A DNA stretch of 64,000 nt, taken from Trueperaceae bacterium. GTDB taxonomy: Bacteria; Deinococcota; Deinococci; Deinococcales; Trueperaceae. The notes below the pieces were generated by a model. The model was not told the DNA's origin and ran no database searches. It saw only the letters and a program-made list of their open reading frames with translations. The stretch is from NCBI GenBank assembly GCA_040905465.1, contig JBBDRK010000017.1, positions 1-64,000 of the forward strand, given 5' to 3'. Positions 19,241-29,452 of this stretch are shown piece after piece; the first letter of the stretch is position 1; every line of letters starts with the position of its first letter. The position numbers and the translations under genes are program-made.

Positions 19241-19741
19241 ATGCTGCAGCCGCTCGACGTACTCGTCTGTCTGAAGCTGGTCGTGGTCAACGATCCCACA
19301 CTAAGCTTCGAAGATCTTGAGCAGGGGACAGGCATCGCTTCCTCCAGCATTCATCGAGCTGTAGTGCGGGCGCGGGCAGCGGGTCTCTTGACAGCAGAAC
19401 GTCGTGTTAATCGAAGCGCGCTGCTGGAGTTCGTCCTACATGGCGTTCGTTACGTCTATTACGTGGAAGAAGGTGGGCGTACACGTGGTTTACCGACTGC
19501 TCATGGTGCGCCGCCACTTTCCAACCTGATCACAGGCGGCGATGATGTGCCGGTTTGGCCCGATCCACTGGGGAGCGTCCGCGGGTACGCTATTGAGCCA
19601 TTGCACAAGGAGGCGCCCAACGCAGCGCGGCGCGATCAGAAACTCTATGAGCTTTTGGCACTTGTCGACGCCTTGCGTATCGGCCGCGCCCGAGAACGTA
19701 AGCTAGCGCAGGAGGAACTCAGTAAGAGGCTCAAAAGGTGA
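19241..19741 (+). CDS. HTH protein, putative antitoxin/regulator of an AbiE-like (type IV TA) pair
   Basis: MLQPLDVLVCLKL, HTH, EFVLHGVRY, RGLPTA, VWPD..G..RG, LYELLALVDALRIGRARER. GTGA overlap with the NTase gene. Confidence 0.75.
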   Translation: MLQPLDVLVCLKLVVVNDPTLSFEDLEQGTGIASSSIHRAVVRARAAGLLTAERRVNRSALLEFVLHGVRYVYYVEEGGRTRGLPTAHGAPPLSNLITGGDDVPVWPDPLGSVRGYAIEPLHKEAPNAARRDQKLYELLALVDALRIGRARERKLAQEELSKRLKR

Positions 19742-20440
19742 ACTCCACGGTCTTGGCCAACCTGAGTCGCGTAGCCAGAATTCTCGAAGATCTCGGCCTG
19801 GACGACGTCGTTTTCGTTGGAGATGCAGCAGTTGGCTTGCTAACTTACAGACCTGGGCGCGCCCGAGTCAAGGCTCACTAAGGACGTGGACGTAGTGACG
19901 CCGGTGGCATCTCGAACTGCGTATAACGCACTGGAGGAGCGATTGCGGGCGGCGGGATAATCGCAACCAACCGGCGAGAGCGTTCCGATATGTCGATGGC
20001 TGATGGATGGCGTTCCCGTGGATCTCATGCCTCCCGACGAGACAATCCTTGGCTTCTCGAACCGCTGGTACTACTCAATTATCGAACACGCTGTACCGAT
20101 GGCACTGCCAGGTGGAACAACCATACGGCTTGCAAGCGGCCCCTTCTTGATAGCTTCGAAACTCGAAGCCTTCCATGGTCGCGGAGAAGGTCACTACCGG
20201 TACAGCCACGATATCGAAGACATCATCGTCGTACTTGACGGGCGCATGGAGATTGTGGATGAGATCCGCCAAGCTCCCAGCGATGTACGTTCCTACCTCG
20301 CTGCCGAGTTTGGGAAGCTTCTGGGTGACGAGGATTTTGTAGAAGGGATCGGCGACCACCTGTTGCCGGACGCTGCGAGTCAACAGAGAACAGACATTAT
20401 CCGCGAGCGGATGCGGCGGATTAGCGAAAGCGATCGCTGA
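19738..20440 (+). pseudogene. nucleotidyltransferase (AbiEii-like) disrupted by a frameshift and a nonsense codon
   Basis: VFVGDAAVGLL, then a +1 shift at ~19842, then TDLGAPESRLTKDVDV, TAA at 19958-19960, then ICRW..VDLMP..SKLEAF.GR..SHDIEDI. Confidence 0.8.
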
Positions 20441-20869
20441 TGATCTTTTCCTCGACAAGCAGACAAGCCGGCCACCATCGATCAAGCCCTCACTTGTGGG
20501 CGCGTTGACCTGGCACTGTTCTCGACATACTCCGAGGTGCTTTTTCTCAACATTACGGGCGGGACTCTCGGCGACGGCACCTTTCTTGCCGGCGAGTTCA
20601 ACGAGGAGGCGTTCTTCTTGACACTCTCGCGGAACGTCTCGCCGACGAGAGTTGCTGTTTCGATGATAATTCTCGAATGGAGCAGAGGGCATGGATTGCG
20701 CATCTGGGGTGGAGCAAACTCGAGGAGACCTCCTTGGGGAATGCCGGCTCATTGACCGCTCGGATCGGTAGCTACCGCTTCTTCCAACACTCGCAATGGC
20801 TTTGGGGCACGCCGGCCTTCCGAAATCTCAGCCAAATCGGGCAGAGTTGATCAAGGCATCATGCAATCC

Positions 20870-23800
20870 TTATGGGCCCACCTCGTTACTCGAGTTATTT
20901 ATACGCCGGCCCCCGCTTTTCAGATCCGCCAGCGCGCAGAGTGTATTCGCCAACCGCATCTGCTCGATCGATTCGCATTTCACTTCACGAAGCCGGGGGC
21001 TTCCGAACACCACAGCCAGCCCCTTTGCGCGCGAGACCGCCACGTTGATTCGATTCAGTGAGAAGAGGAATTCCATGCCTCGTGGCGTTTCTTCTGCTGA
21101 GGAGGCGGTCATTGACACGAGGCAGATCGGTGCCTCCTGTCCCTGGAACTTGTCCACCGTGCCAACGCGGATCGTCTCCGGCAGCGCCTCGCGCAAAGCA
21201 TTGACCTGCGCGTTGTAGGGCGCCACAACGATGATGTCGGAGCCGATCATCGGGCGCGTCGTGCCGTCCTTGTCGGTCCAATGGCCTCGCATCAGTTCCT
21301 CGGCGGCACAGCGGATGGCCTCCACCTCCTCGGGCGAGACCTGCGCGTTGCCGGCATGCGCGATTGGCGCCCAGAAGGCTCCCGTATGCGGGAAGGCCGT
21401 GCCGGTCACGGCTTGGCGAGCGGTATCGGGGTGGCTTGCCAGCCGCCCTTCATAGACCTGATCCGAAATGAACCGGCAGACGTCCGGATGCATCCGCCGT
21501 GAGACAGGAAGGAAGATTCCTCGCTCGGGCGCGATCGTAGCGTGATCGCCAAGCAGCCACTCCAAGCAGGAAAGGTTGGCAGGGTGCGGGTGGGCACCCT
21601 GTATGACCTGGGGCAGCTGGCGCGGATCCCCGACCAGCACGATGTTTCGTGCCGCTCGACCCATAGCGAGCAGGTTGGCGAGGCTGACTTGTCCCGCTTC
21701 GTCGACGAAGAGCCAGTCGAAGTTCTGTGCAAACTCGGGCCGGGAAAAAAAGAAGGCCGTTCCGCCAACGATGCTCGCGGACGACAACACCGGATGGTCG
21801 TTGGAGGTGGTTCGGGTTATCCCCGTGAACCCCTCGGGGTAGCCGTCATCATCGCCGCTCACCTTGTGTGCTATCGCAAGACGATCGATCCTGCTAAAGG
21901 CGTCATCGTCCCTGAGCGCATCGAGACAGTCCATGAGGACCTTGCGAATCGCCTCGTGGCTTGTCGACGCGACGCCCACTCGATGTCCCTCGTTCACCAA
22001 TGACAGGATCGCCCGAGCGGTGACGTAGGTCTTGCCGGTGCCGGGAGGCCCCTGAACCGGCAGGACCGTGCCGTCCATGCCAGCGACGGCTGCGATAGTA
22101 CCTTCGACTGGATCGGCACCGTCGAGAATATCCGAGCGGGGCCCGCCCTTTAAACGAGGGGCGGCACGAGCCAGCGTATCACCGAGCGCCGTGAAACGCT
22201 GCGGACCACAATGGTCGGCAATGACATCACGCAGAGCTTCGGCGATGACATCGGTATTCAGCGGCCAGTCCGGATGCAGCGTCAACCTGTCGGCGAGCAG
22301 GTGCGCCTTGGCATTGCCGACCTTGACGGTAACTTCCCGTTTCAACCGGTCGAGCTCGTGGATGTTGATGGTCGCGGGTGGGCCGTCGAGAACTGGGACG
22401 GTGGCCCTCTTTCCAGCGCGCAGCTTCGTCTCCTGCAGTGGAAAGCGGTAAGTGCGGGCCATCGACCTCTTGATCGGCTCGGCCGGACCAACTGCCTCGA
22501 GCCCCGCCAGGGCATCGAGATCGTCGATCAGATCGTCCTCGTCCTTGCCGACGCTGTCGAACACTGCCCATTGCGCCGGCTTGGCTTCACGCCTGTGAAA
22601 GAGGCCAAGGTTGAACAGCATCTCCTGCTGGTCAGCGGAGAGTCCGCTGACCAGCAGTTCGGCTTTGAACGCCTGTGTCTCCGCGTCCTCCTCGATCTCC
22701 TTGTCATCAGCCGGCTCACCGAGCACGGGCCATGGCCCACCCGGCCTGATGCTGACGAGCCAGTCGCGCAGCTCGTGTGTGGAGATGCAATCGATGCGGT
22801 TGTAGTCCTCGATCTCATCGAGGATCTGTTGGTCGCCGGTCTCGCGCCAACGCTCGTAGGCAACGACAGAACCGCCAGCCGTTTTCACCTCACCTTCGCG
22901 CGTCCGGCCGTAGAACGCCTCCATCGACTTGATCGAATAGTTCGGCTCCGATCCGATCATGGCGCCGCGCACGACGGCATAGAGATCGACAAAGCGGCGC
23001 TCGCGCAGCAGGCGATCGAGGAAGGCCTCGCCGATCCCGAATTTCGTGGTCAGCCGCCGCAGCGCGGTGATCTCGTACGGTGCGTAGTGATAGATGCGCG
23101 CCGCTGGGTAGGAGGTGAGCCGCGAGCGGAAGAAATCCAGCAGATCAGAGAGCGACTGTGCCTCCGCGGCATTATCATGCGCCCAGAAGGCGCGGAACTC
23201 ACCATCGAACCAGATGCCGTGCAGATACTCGAGACCACCTTCGAAGTGCGGATCCCCCTCGATGTCATAAAAGAGATCGCCCGGCCCTGGCTCCGGCAAT
23301 AGGTCAAATCCCTTGCCCGGCTCGTGCTCCCGCAGCTCCCAGGACGGATCCCCAGTCTTGCGTGCATTCTGCAACCTAGCTTGGGTGACCAAGCGTTTGC
23401 GGGTGGGCTCGGCCATTCCTCGGATGGGCTCATCGCGTGCAGCGAGGGCTTCCATCGTCCGCACGCCGGAGGCTTCCAGCTTCTTCGCTTGCCCACGGGT
23501 GATGTTGGCCACGTTGAACAGGCTGTCCTCGGCCTGCCAGACCTCCGCACAGTGATCGCCCCAGCGACAGAGGGCGCAGTCAGCGCACGGCGCAGGACGT
23601 GTTTCTGCAGGATTGGCGATGAAGGTCTCGAGGCGGGAGCGCGCTTCTCGGGCATAGGCAGCATAGTCGGCAAGCCGAAATGTGGCACGGGAGCCATCAC
23701 CCAGTTCGACATGGGCATATTCAGGTGCCACACCCTGAATATCTGTCAGCAGGTCGGAGTAGAGCACGAGTTGCAGGACGTGCTTGGGATGTGGACGGCG

Positions 23801-24208
23801 TTTCAGCTTGGTATCGGCGACCTGGTAGCTGAATGGTCCGAGCGCGGAAGGCTGCTCGACACGTTCCAGGAAATCCGGCCAACCGCCCCAGTTGCCGGAT
23901 ACGAAAGCGCCTTGAAAGATCACATCCGGACCTTCGGCCAAGGCGGCACGAGTAGTCTCGGCATCCTTCGCTAATTCTCTGCGATCAATCTCGACAACCG
24001 ACTGGCCGTCATCCTTGAGCCGCTTCAGGTGCGCTGTCTCATGGGCATCGCCCTGCTTTTGCAGAAGTCGGGCGTCATCGCTATCCTCGCGCGGCGTCGG
24101 GCCACGGCCCTGCAAATGCGCCAGGTCGAGCGTAGTCGCATGAGTGCACCCCGTGAAGCGCATAAGGTCGGAGGTTGACAGTAGAAGTTGACCGTCGAGG
24201 ATCCTCAT
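20870..24208 (-). CDS. TM0106-family RecB-like nuclease / RNase H-like / SF1 (DNA2-NAM7) helicase
   Basis: PDFL..ADTKL..QLVLY nuclease with a Cys cluster, YDIEG RNase H-like domain, GPPGTGKT, DEAGQ, GDPRQL, TVDKFQGQE, NRINVAVSRA. Confidence 0.9.
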   Translation of the reverse strand: MRILDGQLLLSTSDLMRFTGCTHATTLDLAHLQGRGPTPREDSDDARLLQKQGDAHETAHLKRLKDDGQSVVEIDRRELAKDAETTRAALAEGPDVIFQGAFVSGNWGGWPDFLERVEQPSALGPFSYQVADTKLKRRPHPKHVLQLVLYSDLLTDIQGVAPEYAHVELGDGSRATFRLADYAAYAREARSRLETFIANPAETRPAPCADCALCRWGDHCAEVWQAEDSLFNVANITRGQAKKLEASGVRTMEALAARDEPIRGMAEPTRKRLVTQARLQNARKTGDPSWELREHEPGKGFDLLPEPGPGDLFYDIEGDPHFEGGLEYLHGIWFDGEFRAFWAHDNAAEAQSLSDLLDFFRSRLTSYPAARIYHYAPYEITALRRLTTKFGIGEAFLDRLLRERRFVDLYAVVRGAMIGSEPNYSIKSMEAFYGRTREGEVKTAGGSVVAYERWRETGDQQILDEIEDYNRIDCISTHELRDWLVSIRPGGPWPVLGEPADDKEIEEDAETQAFKAELLVSGLSADQQEMLFNLGLFHRREAKPAQWAVFDSVGKDEDDLIDDLDALAGLEAVGPAEPIKRSMARTYRFPLQETKLRAGKRATVPVLDGPPATINIHELDRLKREVTVKVGNAKAHLLADRLTLHPDWPLNTDVIAEALRDVIADHCGPQRFTALGDTLARAAPRLKGGPRSDILDGADPVEGTIAAVAGMDGTVLPVQGPPGTGKTYVTARAILSLVNEGHRVGVASTSHEAIRKVLMDCLDALRDDDAFSRIDRLAIAHKVSGDDDGYPEGFTGITRTTSNDHPVLSSASIVGGTAFFFSRPEFAQNFDWLFVDEAGQVSLANLLAMGRAARNIVLVGDPRQLPQVIQGAHPHPANLSCLEWLLGDHATIAPERGIFLPVSRRMHPDVCRFISDQVYEGRLASHPDTARQAVTGTAFPHTGAFWAPIAHAGNAQVSPEEVEAIRCAAEELMRGHWTDKDGTTRPMIGSDIIVVAPYNAQVNALREALPETIRVGTVDKFQGQEAPICLVSMTASSAEETPRGMEFLFSLNRINVAVSRAKGLAVVFGSPRLREVKCESIEQMRLANTLCALADLKSGGRRINNSSNEVGP

Positions 24209-24318
24209 CAGAACTCCTTTGCGCGCCTCACCGAAATCCTCGCTGGGTCACTGCATCAACTATATCGTCTGGAACTCGTAGCCCAAAATCTTAAGTATGC
24301 CGTGTCGAGGCTCGGCCG

Positions 24319-25470
24319 CTAACTCTCGATCAGTTCCCCGTCGCCTAGGCGCTGGACGAACGCGTTCGCCGGAAGGATGAGGATCCCGTCGCTGGTCCTT
24401 CGGCTCTTGCCTTCCAGGCATACGACTACGCGTTGACTCACACCGGGGTGATCCTTGGCCAGTTCGCGAAGGCCCTTCAGGTGGTGGTCCCTCACCGTGG
24501 CGGCGGCCTTCGCCTCGATGGCCACTTTCATGTCGTTGACGATGAAGTCGACCTCGACCCCGGTGGTGAGCCGCCAGTAGCTGAGGCGGGCGTATGACTC
24601 CGAATACGAGTTGTGAGCCGCCAATTCATGATGCACCCAGTTCTCGAACGCCTTGCCGTACAGCTCGGAGCCAGGGGTCAGTTTGCCCCGGCGTGCCAAG
24701 TGGTTCACCACCCCAACGTCGGAGAAGTAGAACTTTGGAGCGACAGCTACTCGGCGCTTTGGTCGCCTCCGGTATGCGGGCAGCCAGCGGCCCAGGAGCG
24801 TGTCAACGAGTATTTCGAAGTAGGATTTGACGGTATGGCTGGAGACGCCGGTTTCGCGCGCGATGTTCGTGAAGTTCACTGGCTCGGTGTCGCCTAGCGC
24901 GGCGAGGGACAGGAAGTCCGCAAACGCCGGCACGTTGCGTACCAACGCCTCGGCAGCCACCTCTTCACGCAGGTAGTCGGAGACGTATGCGTTCAAGAGG
25001 CGTTCGGGCCGGTCGGAGAGGTAGGCCCGGGGTAGGTACCCGTGGTTGAGTAGGCGGTTGATGTCGGCGTCCCTGCCGACCTCGTTAGCGGTTAGCCCGA
25101 AGAGCTCGCGCCGAACGGCCCGGCCCCCGAGCAAGTTCGCTCCCCTGCGCTTCACCTTGCGGGCGCTCGAGCCGCAAAGTGCGAACTGCACGGAACTGTT
25201 CTCGAGCAGCCAGTGAACCTCGTCGAGTAGCGCCGGGACCTTCTGGACTTCGTCGATGACCACCTGGTTGGTGGGCCGGGCCGAAAGCTCCTCGCGTAGA
25301 AGCTCCGGTCTTTGCAGGTAGCGGCGGTACTCCTCGGACCTGAGGAGATCTATCCAGCGGGCGTTCGGGTACGCCTCGTGAAGCAGGGTAGACTTTCCGG
25401 TTTGCCGTGGTCCCCATAGGAAAAACGTCTCGGTCCCGGACGGTGGAAACCCAATCAATCGCTTGAACAT
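24319..25470 (-). CDS. AAA_14 ATPase with DUF4143 domain
   Basis: GPRQTGKST, IDEVQ, GSS, PKFYFSDVG, FEN, EVDFIV..AIEAK. Confidence 0.9.
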   Translation of the reverse strand: MFKRLIGFPPSGTETFFLWGPRQTGKSTLLHEAYPNARWIDLLRSEEYRRYLQRPELLREELSARPTNQVVIDEVQKVPALLDEVHWLLENSSVQFALCGSSARKVKRRGANLLGGRAVRRELFGLTANEVGRDADINRLLNHGYLPRAYLSDRPERLLNAYVSDYLREEVAAEALVRNVPAFADFLSLAALGDTEPVNFTNIARETGVSSHTVKSYFEILVDTLLGRWLPAYRRRPKRRVAVAPKFYFSDVGVVNHLARRGKLTPGSELYGKAFENWVHHELAAHNSYSESYARLSYWRLTTGVEVDFIVNDMKVAIEAKAAATVRDHHLKGLRELAKDHPGVSQRVVVCLEGKSRRTSDGILILPANAFVQRLGDGELIES

Positions 25471-25473
25471 CGA

Positions 25474-25499
25474 CTTCAAAATATCATGAAATATTGAAG
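25474..25499. promoter_or_regulatory. AT-rich imperfect palindrome immediately upstream of the AAA_14 start
   Basis: CTTCAAAATATCATGAAATATTGAAG, centred on TCATGA and ending 3 nt from the start codon. Confidence 0.5.
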
Positions 25500-25811
25500 G
25501 CGCGGTGCGGGTTCGCAGGGCTTTCGGGAGTTCGCAACGGTGCTCACGGCTGATGGCGTCTTCAGGCAAACGGCCACACGGTTTCGTTCACACGGGTACC
25601 CGAATTCCTATCGGCCTGGTACTGAGGTGGGGGATTAGTGCGACGTTAGCTGTCGCTACGGCTGCCTAGAGTGCACTTCCTGCTCGCCGGCGCGCCATGC
25701 GGCCCACTAAGCGGCCTTTGTTGTCGGCGAGTGGACGCATGCAGGGGCCTCGCGATTATAGGGGCCAGAGGTGTAGCACAGGCTTCTAGCGCATGGAAAG
25801 GATCGGCCCTC

Positions 25812-26351
25812 GTGGCGGTACTCATCCAAGACCTAAACCTCATCGTCCGCGTTTCGACGCTCGCTCGGAAGTACCGGGGCGGTGTAATGCAGTTCCAGCG
25901 CGACTGGCTGGACGACGGCTTCTGCTGTGACGGGTTGTTGGCGAGAGTCGGCTCGCCGGCGAGGTCGGACATCGATGTGCTGATCGACCGGCTGCGAGAG
26001 GAGGGCTTCGTCATGGCGGACGAGTTCGGTTTCCGCGATATGGCCATCGTCGACGAACGGCGAGGGATGCCGGACGGCTGCCTGTGGCTCTGCACGGGCC
26101 GGCGGCCCGACGGAATGAGCTTCGCCTATCAGCGCGGCAGTGATCCCGACGCGCTCATCGCGATTCCCCACGGCTGGTCGGTCGCGTCCTGGCGAGCGCA
26201 GGAGCAGATGCAGGCAACGGGGGATCCGCGGGCCCAGCTTCTCTTCATCAGGAGTGATGGTGAGTGCGACGTCTATCTGAACAGGCGAACCGGCCAGGAG
26301 GTCAGGGTGGTCAGGAGTGGGAAGCTTGCCGGTCCGCGCCTCGTCAACTGA
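25812..26351 (+). CDS. conserved hypothetical protein, paralog of 53..595
   Basis: GTG start after GGAAAGGA. Colinear similarity with the first ORF of the window. Confidence 0.8.
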   Translation: MAVLIQDLNLIVRVSTLARKYRGGVMQFQRDWLDDGFCCDGLLARVGSPARSDIDVLIDRLREEGFVMADEFGFRDMAIVDERRGMPDGCLWLCTGRRPDGMSFAYQRGSDPDALIAIPHGWSVASWRAQEQMQATGDPRAQLLFIRSDGECDVYLNRRTGQEVRVVRSGKLAGPRLVN

Positions 26352-26487
26352 GCTCTCCTGCCTGCGCCCGGGCCCTGAGAGAGATGCTGGCGCGCGAGGC
26401 GACATCCGCCCACTCCCTGCCGGCAAGGCGGGTACTCTTCGACGCAGATGAATGCCCGAGCGGACTTGCCCTCTCGAGAAGACGCCC

Positions 26488-27449
26488 ATGAGTGAACAAG
26501 TCGCCCACCTGCGTGCCGAGATCGAAGCACTTGCGACGCAGGCCGGACGCTTGGTCGGTTCCGCCGGCCACGACCGAGCGAGGCGTTACCTCGAGGGGCG
26601 CCTCGGCGACCTGGGGCTGGTGCCTTACTCCGGCGAGTCATACTCGCTCGAGTACGCAGCCTCCTCCGCGCAGTTCACGAACCTGATCGCGGTCGCTCCC
26701 GGCCGCGATCGAAACCTCACGCCCTTGCTGATCGGCGCCCATACGACACCGCTGGTGCGATGCCGGGCGCCGACGACAACGCCGCCGCCGTGGCTATCGC
26801 TTTGGGCGTGGCCGGGCGTCTCGCGGCCGAGCCGGCCAGGCGAGACGTGGTCATCGCGTTGTTCGACGCCGAGGAGCCTCCTTATTACCTTACTGACGCG
26901 ATGGGCTCGACCTGGTTCTACCGGCAGCAGCGTCGGAGTGAGTTCCAGGCCGCCCTGATCATGGACTTGGTGGGTCACGACGTTCCGTTGCCGGCTCTCG
27001 GCGACCTTCTCTTCATCACCGGGATGGAGAGCAGCCCCTGCCTGGAGGGGGCCGTCCGGGGGGTGCCCAGCCTGGATGGTCTCCGCATCGTCACGGCGCT
27101 GAACCGTTACGTGGGAGATGTGAGCGATCACCACGTCTTCCGGCAGAATGGCACGCCGTACTTGTTCATGAGCTGTGGCAGGTGGGAGCACTATCACCTG
27201 CCGAGCGACACGCCGGAGAAGCTCGACTACCTCAAGATGGCGCGGATCGCGCGGCTGTTGGAGCACCTGGTCCGCCACCTCGCCGATGGGGAGGATTGTG
27301 TTTCCGAGGTTTACGACACTACTCCCACCGACCTGGCCCTGATGAGGGCGAACCTCGGTCCGGTCGCTGAGGCGCTGGGGTTGCCGCTGGAGTCGCGAGC
27401 GGACATCGACCGCGTCGCCGGCATGCTCAACACCTTTCTTGGGATTTGA
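26488..27449 (+). pseudogene. M28 family peptidase with a -1 frameshift (or a sequencing error)
   Basis: Adding one T at ~26742 (CAT[T]AC GAC) restores IGAHYDT..PGADDNAA. Downstream motifs are FDAEE, MDLVG, SDH and YHLPSDT. Confidence 0.8.
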
Positions 27450-27795
27450 GCGTGCCGACGCCGCAAATCGCCGGACATCCTGGTATCCACGAGGACGACC
27501 AGTGAGCGCGGACGAGGCTCAGTGAAGGGAGGCAAGCGGATGACGGTCCGGGATCGCTATGGTGGTTGCAGCCATGAACACCGCGCCGAAGCTGTTTCTG
27601 CGGGAGATCCTCTTCTTCCTGCTCGACTAACCGTCGCTCCTGAAAAGCTCCGACAGCTCCGGCTGTCGCGTTAGGAACTGCCGGGGATGGCTGATTCGTC
27701 GTATTCGACTCGGCGGACCATGCTCTTGCCGAGGACGATCTGACCGGGCTCGACGACCATTCAGTCTGATTTGCGGATGAGGTAGTATGCCGGCC

Positions 27796-28770
27796 ATGGA
27801 GAACGGTGCCCTGCTCGAGTGGCTCCTGGATTCCGACCCAGCGCTGCGCTGGCAGGTGGAGCGAGACCTCGCCCATGCACCCGAGGAGGTGTGGCAGGCG
27901 ACGCGTGCCCGGGTCGCGACCGAGGGCTTCGGGGCGAGGTTGCTGGCCCTGCAGGATGCGGACGGGCAGTGGGCCGGCGGGGCGTACTTCCCGGGCGACT
28001 TCGATTTCCACGGTCCCGAGGCGCAGGACGGCGCCGGTCAGCCGTGGACCGCGACGACCTGGTCCCTCAACACGCTGCGTGAATGGGGGCTCGACGCCTC
28101 GGTGCTCGCCGGTACTGCCGACCTCTTGGCGGCCAACAGCCGCTGGGAGTACGAGGGCCTTCCGTACTGGGGCGGCGAGGTGGACTGCTGCATCAACGCC
28201 TATACCTTGGCGAACGGGCTCTGGCTAGGCGCCGATGTCGCCGCTCTGGCGGACTGGTTCGTCGAGAAGCGGATGCCCGAGGGCGGTTGGAACTGTGAGT
28301 GGGTCAACGGGTCCGTTCGGTCGTCGTTCCACTCGACGCTGAACTCAGTGAAGGGGCTGCTCTACTTTGAGGCGGTCACGGGCGGCACCGAGGCGATCCG
28401 GGAGGCACGCCGGAGTGGCGAGGAGTACCTGCTCGCGCGCGGTCTGTACCGCCGGCAGACGACCGGCGAGCCGGTGGGGCCGTGGGCTCTGAAGTTCAGC
28501 TATCCCTTCCGCTGGTTCTACAGTTTACTGAACGCCGCCGAGTACTTCCGCGAGGCGTCCCGACTCACGGGAACCGCGCCGGACCCGCGGATGGCAGACG
28601 CCATCGAACTCATCCGTGAGCAGCGCCAGCCCGACGGCACCTGGCTCCAGACCAGGCGGCACCCAGGGCGGGTCTGGTTCGAGGTCGACGTGCCGGCAGG
28701 CGAGCCTTCGCGCTGGCTCACCGTGTCCGCGATACGTGTGCTCGAGTGGTGGGACGAGGCTCGATCTTGA
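27796..28770 (+). CDS. prenyltransferase/squalene-cyclase-like repeat protein
   Basis: WLLDSDPALRWQV, QDADGQW, EGGWNC, QPDGTW, GEPSRWLT. TAGTAT lies 7 nt before ATG 27796 (alternative start 27787). Confidence 0.75.
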   Translation: MENGALLEWLLDSDPALRWQVERDLAHAPEEVWQATRARVATEGFGARLLALQDADGQWAGGAYFPGDFDFHGPEAQDGAGQPWTATTWSLNTLREWGLDASVLAGTADLLAANSRWEYEGLPYWGGEVDCCINAYTLANGLWLGADVAALADWFVEKRMPEGGWNCEWVNGSVRSSFHSTLNSVKGLLYFEAVTGGTEAIREARRSGEEYLLARGLYRRQTTGEPVGPWALKFSYPFRWFYSLLNAAEYFREASRLTGTAPDPRMADAIELIREQRQPDGTWLQTRRHPGRVWFEVDVPAGEPSRWLTVSAIRVLEWWDEARS

Positions 28771-28792
28771 CGCGGAGATCGAGGCTTTCTTC

Positions 28793-28840
28793 CGCCTTCT
28801 CGCCCGGAATATTGTAGAAGGAGGTGTTCAGCTCCACGGC
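28793..28840 (-). repeat. isolated 48-bp piece of a DUF72 gene
   Basis: Matches 18307..18354 with 2 mismatches (AVELNTSFYNIPGEKA vs ..GKKA). Confidence 0.85.
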
Positions 28841-28886
28841 GACTCCGTTTAGTGTCGCACCGGAGGATCTCGGAGAGGAGCAGGGA

Positions 28887-29231
28887 ATGGCGGTAACCGG
28901 AACCGATAGACAGACGATGGAACGCTGTATCGATCAGTGCCTGGCGGTAGTGAAGTTGGCGTCGAGGTGCTCCGACGAGTGCCTCAAGAGCGACCGGGTA
29001 GCGTCGCTTCGTGACTGCGTCGGCCTGTGTCTCGACGCAGTTGGGGTCGCGGGCTTGTGCGCCGAAATGATGTCGGCTGACTCGCGCTTCGCCATGCGCA
29101 CTTGCGGGCTCTGTACGGATGTCTGCCGAAAGTGCGCCGATGAGTGTGCCCGGCACGAAGGCGACACGATGAAGGAGTGCGCCGAGGCGTGCCTGCAGTG
29201 CGCCGATACCTGCCGAGCAATGGCCGCTTGA
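28887..29231 (+). CDS. four-helix-bundle Cys-rich copper-storage protein (Csp3/DUF326)
   Basis: 114 aa with repeated CxxxC/CxxC, and HEGDTMKECAEACLQCADTC. Confidence 0.85.
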   Translation: MAVTGTDRQTMERCIDQCLAVVKLASRCSDECLKSDRVASLRDCVGLCLDAVGVAGLCAEMMSADSRFAMRTCGLCTDVCRKCADECARHEGDTMKECAEACLQCADTCRAMAA

Positions 29232-29452
29232 CGAGTACCTGATCGCCACCGAGGGCGGCCAGGCATGGCGGGGTCCGGGGTGATGGAAGCTGGACGGCCG
29301 CCCGCGACAGACCGGCAACTGCCGTGCCAACGTCTACGCCGGTGACGGGGTTACCTTATGCTGTTGTAAGTCTCAATCTCCGATCGGAGTTGGCCGACTT
29401 CGCAAGGATTGAGTTAGAGACGAAAGGATAGCGGTGAAGAGGAGGGTCTGAA

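Noticed and set aside
20440-20755. possible TIR-like or other gene remnant
   Set aside because: Only vague motif similarity and the frames are ambiguous.
27624-27676. attC-like CTAAC...GTTAG element; idea that the region is an integron cassette array
   Set aside because: Too short, poor RYYYAAC/GTTRRRY match, not repeated after other genes, genes lie on both strands, and there is no integrase.
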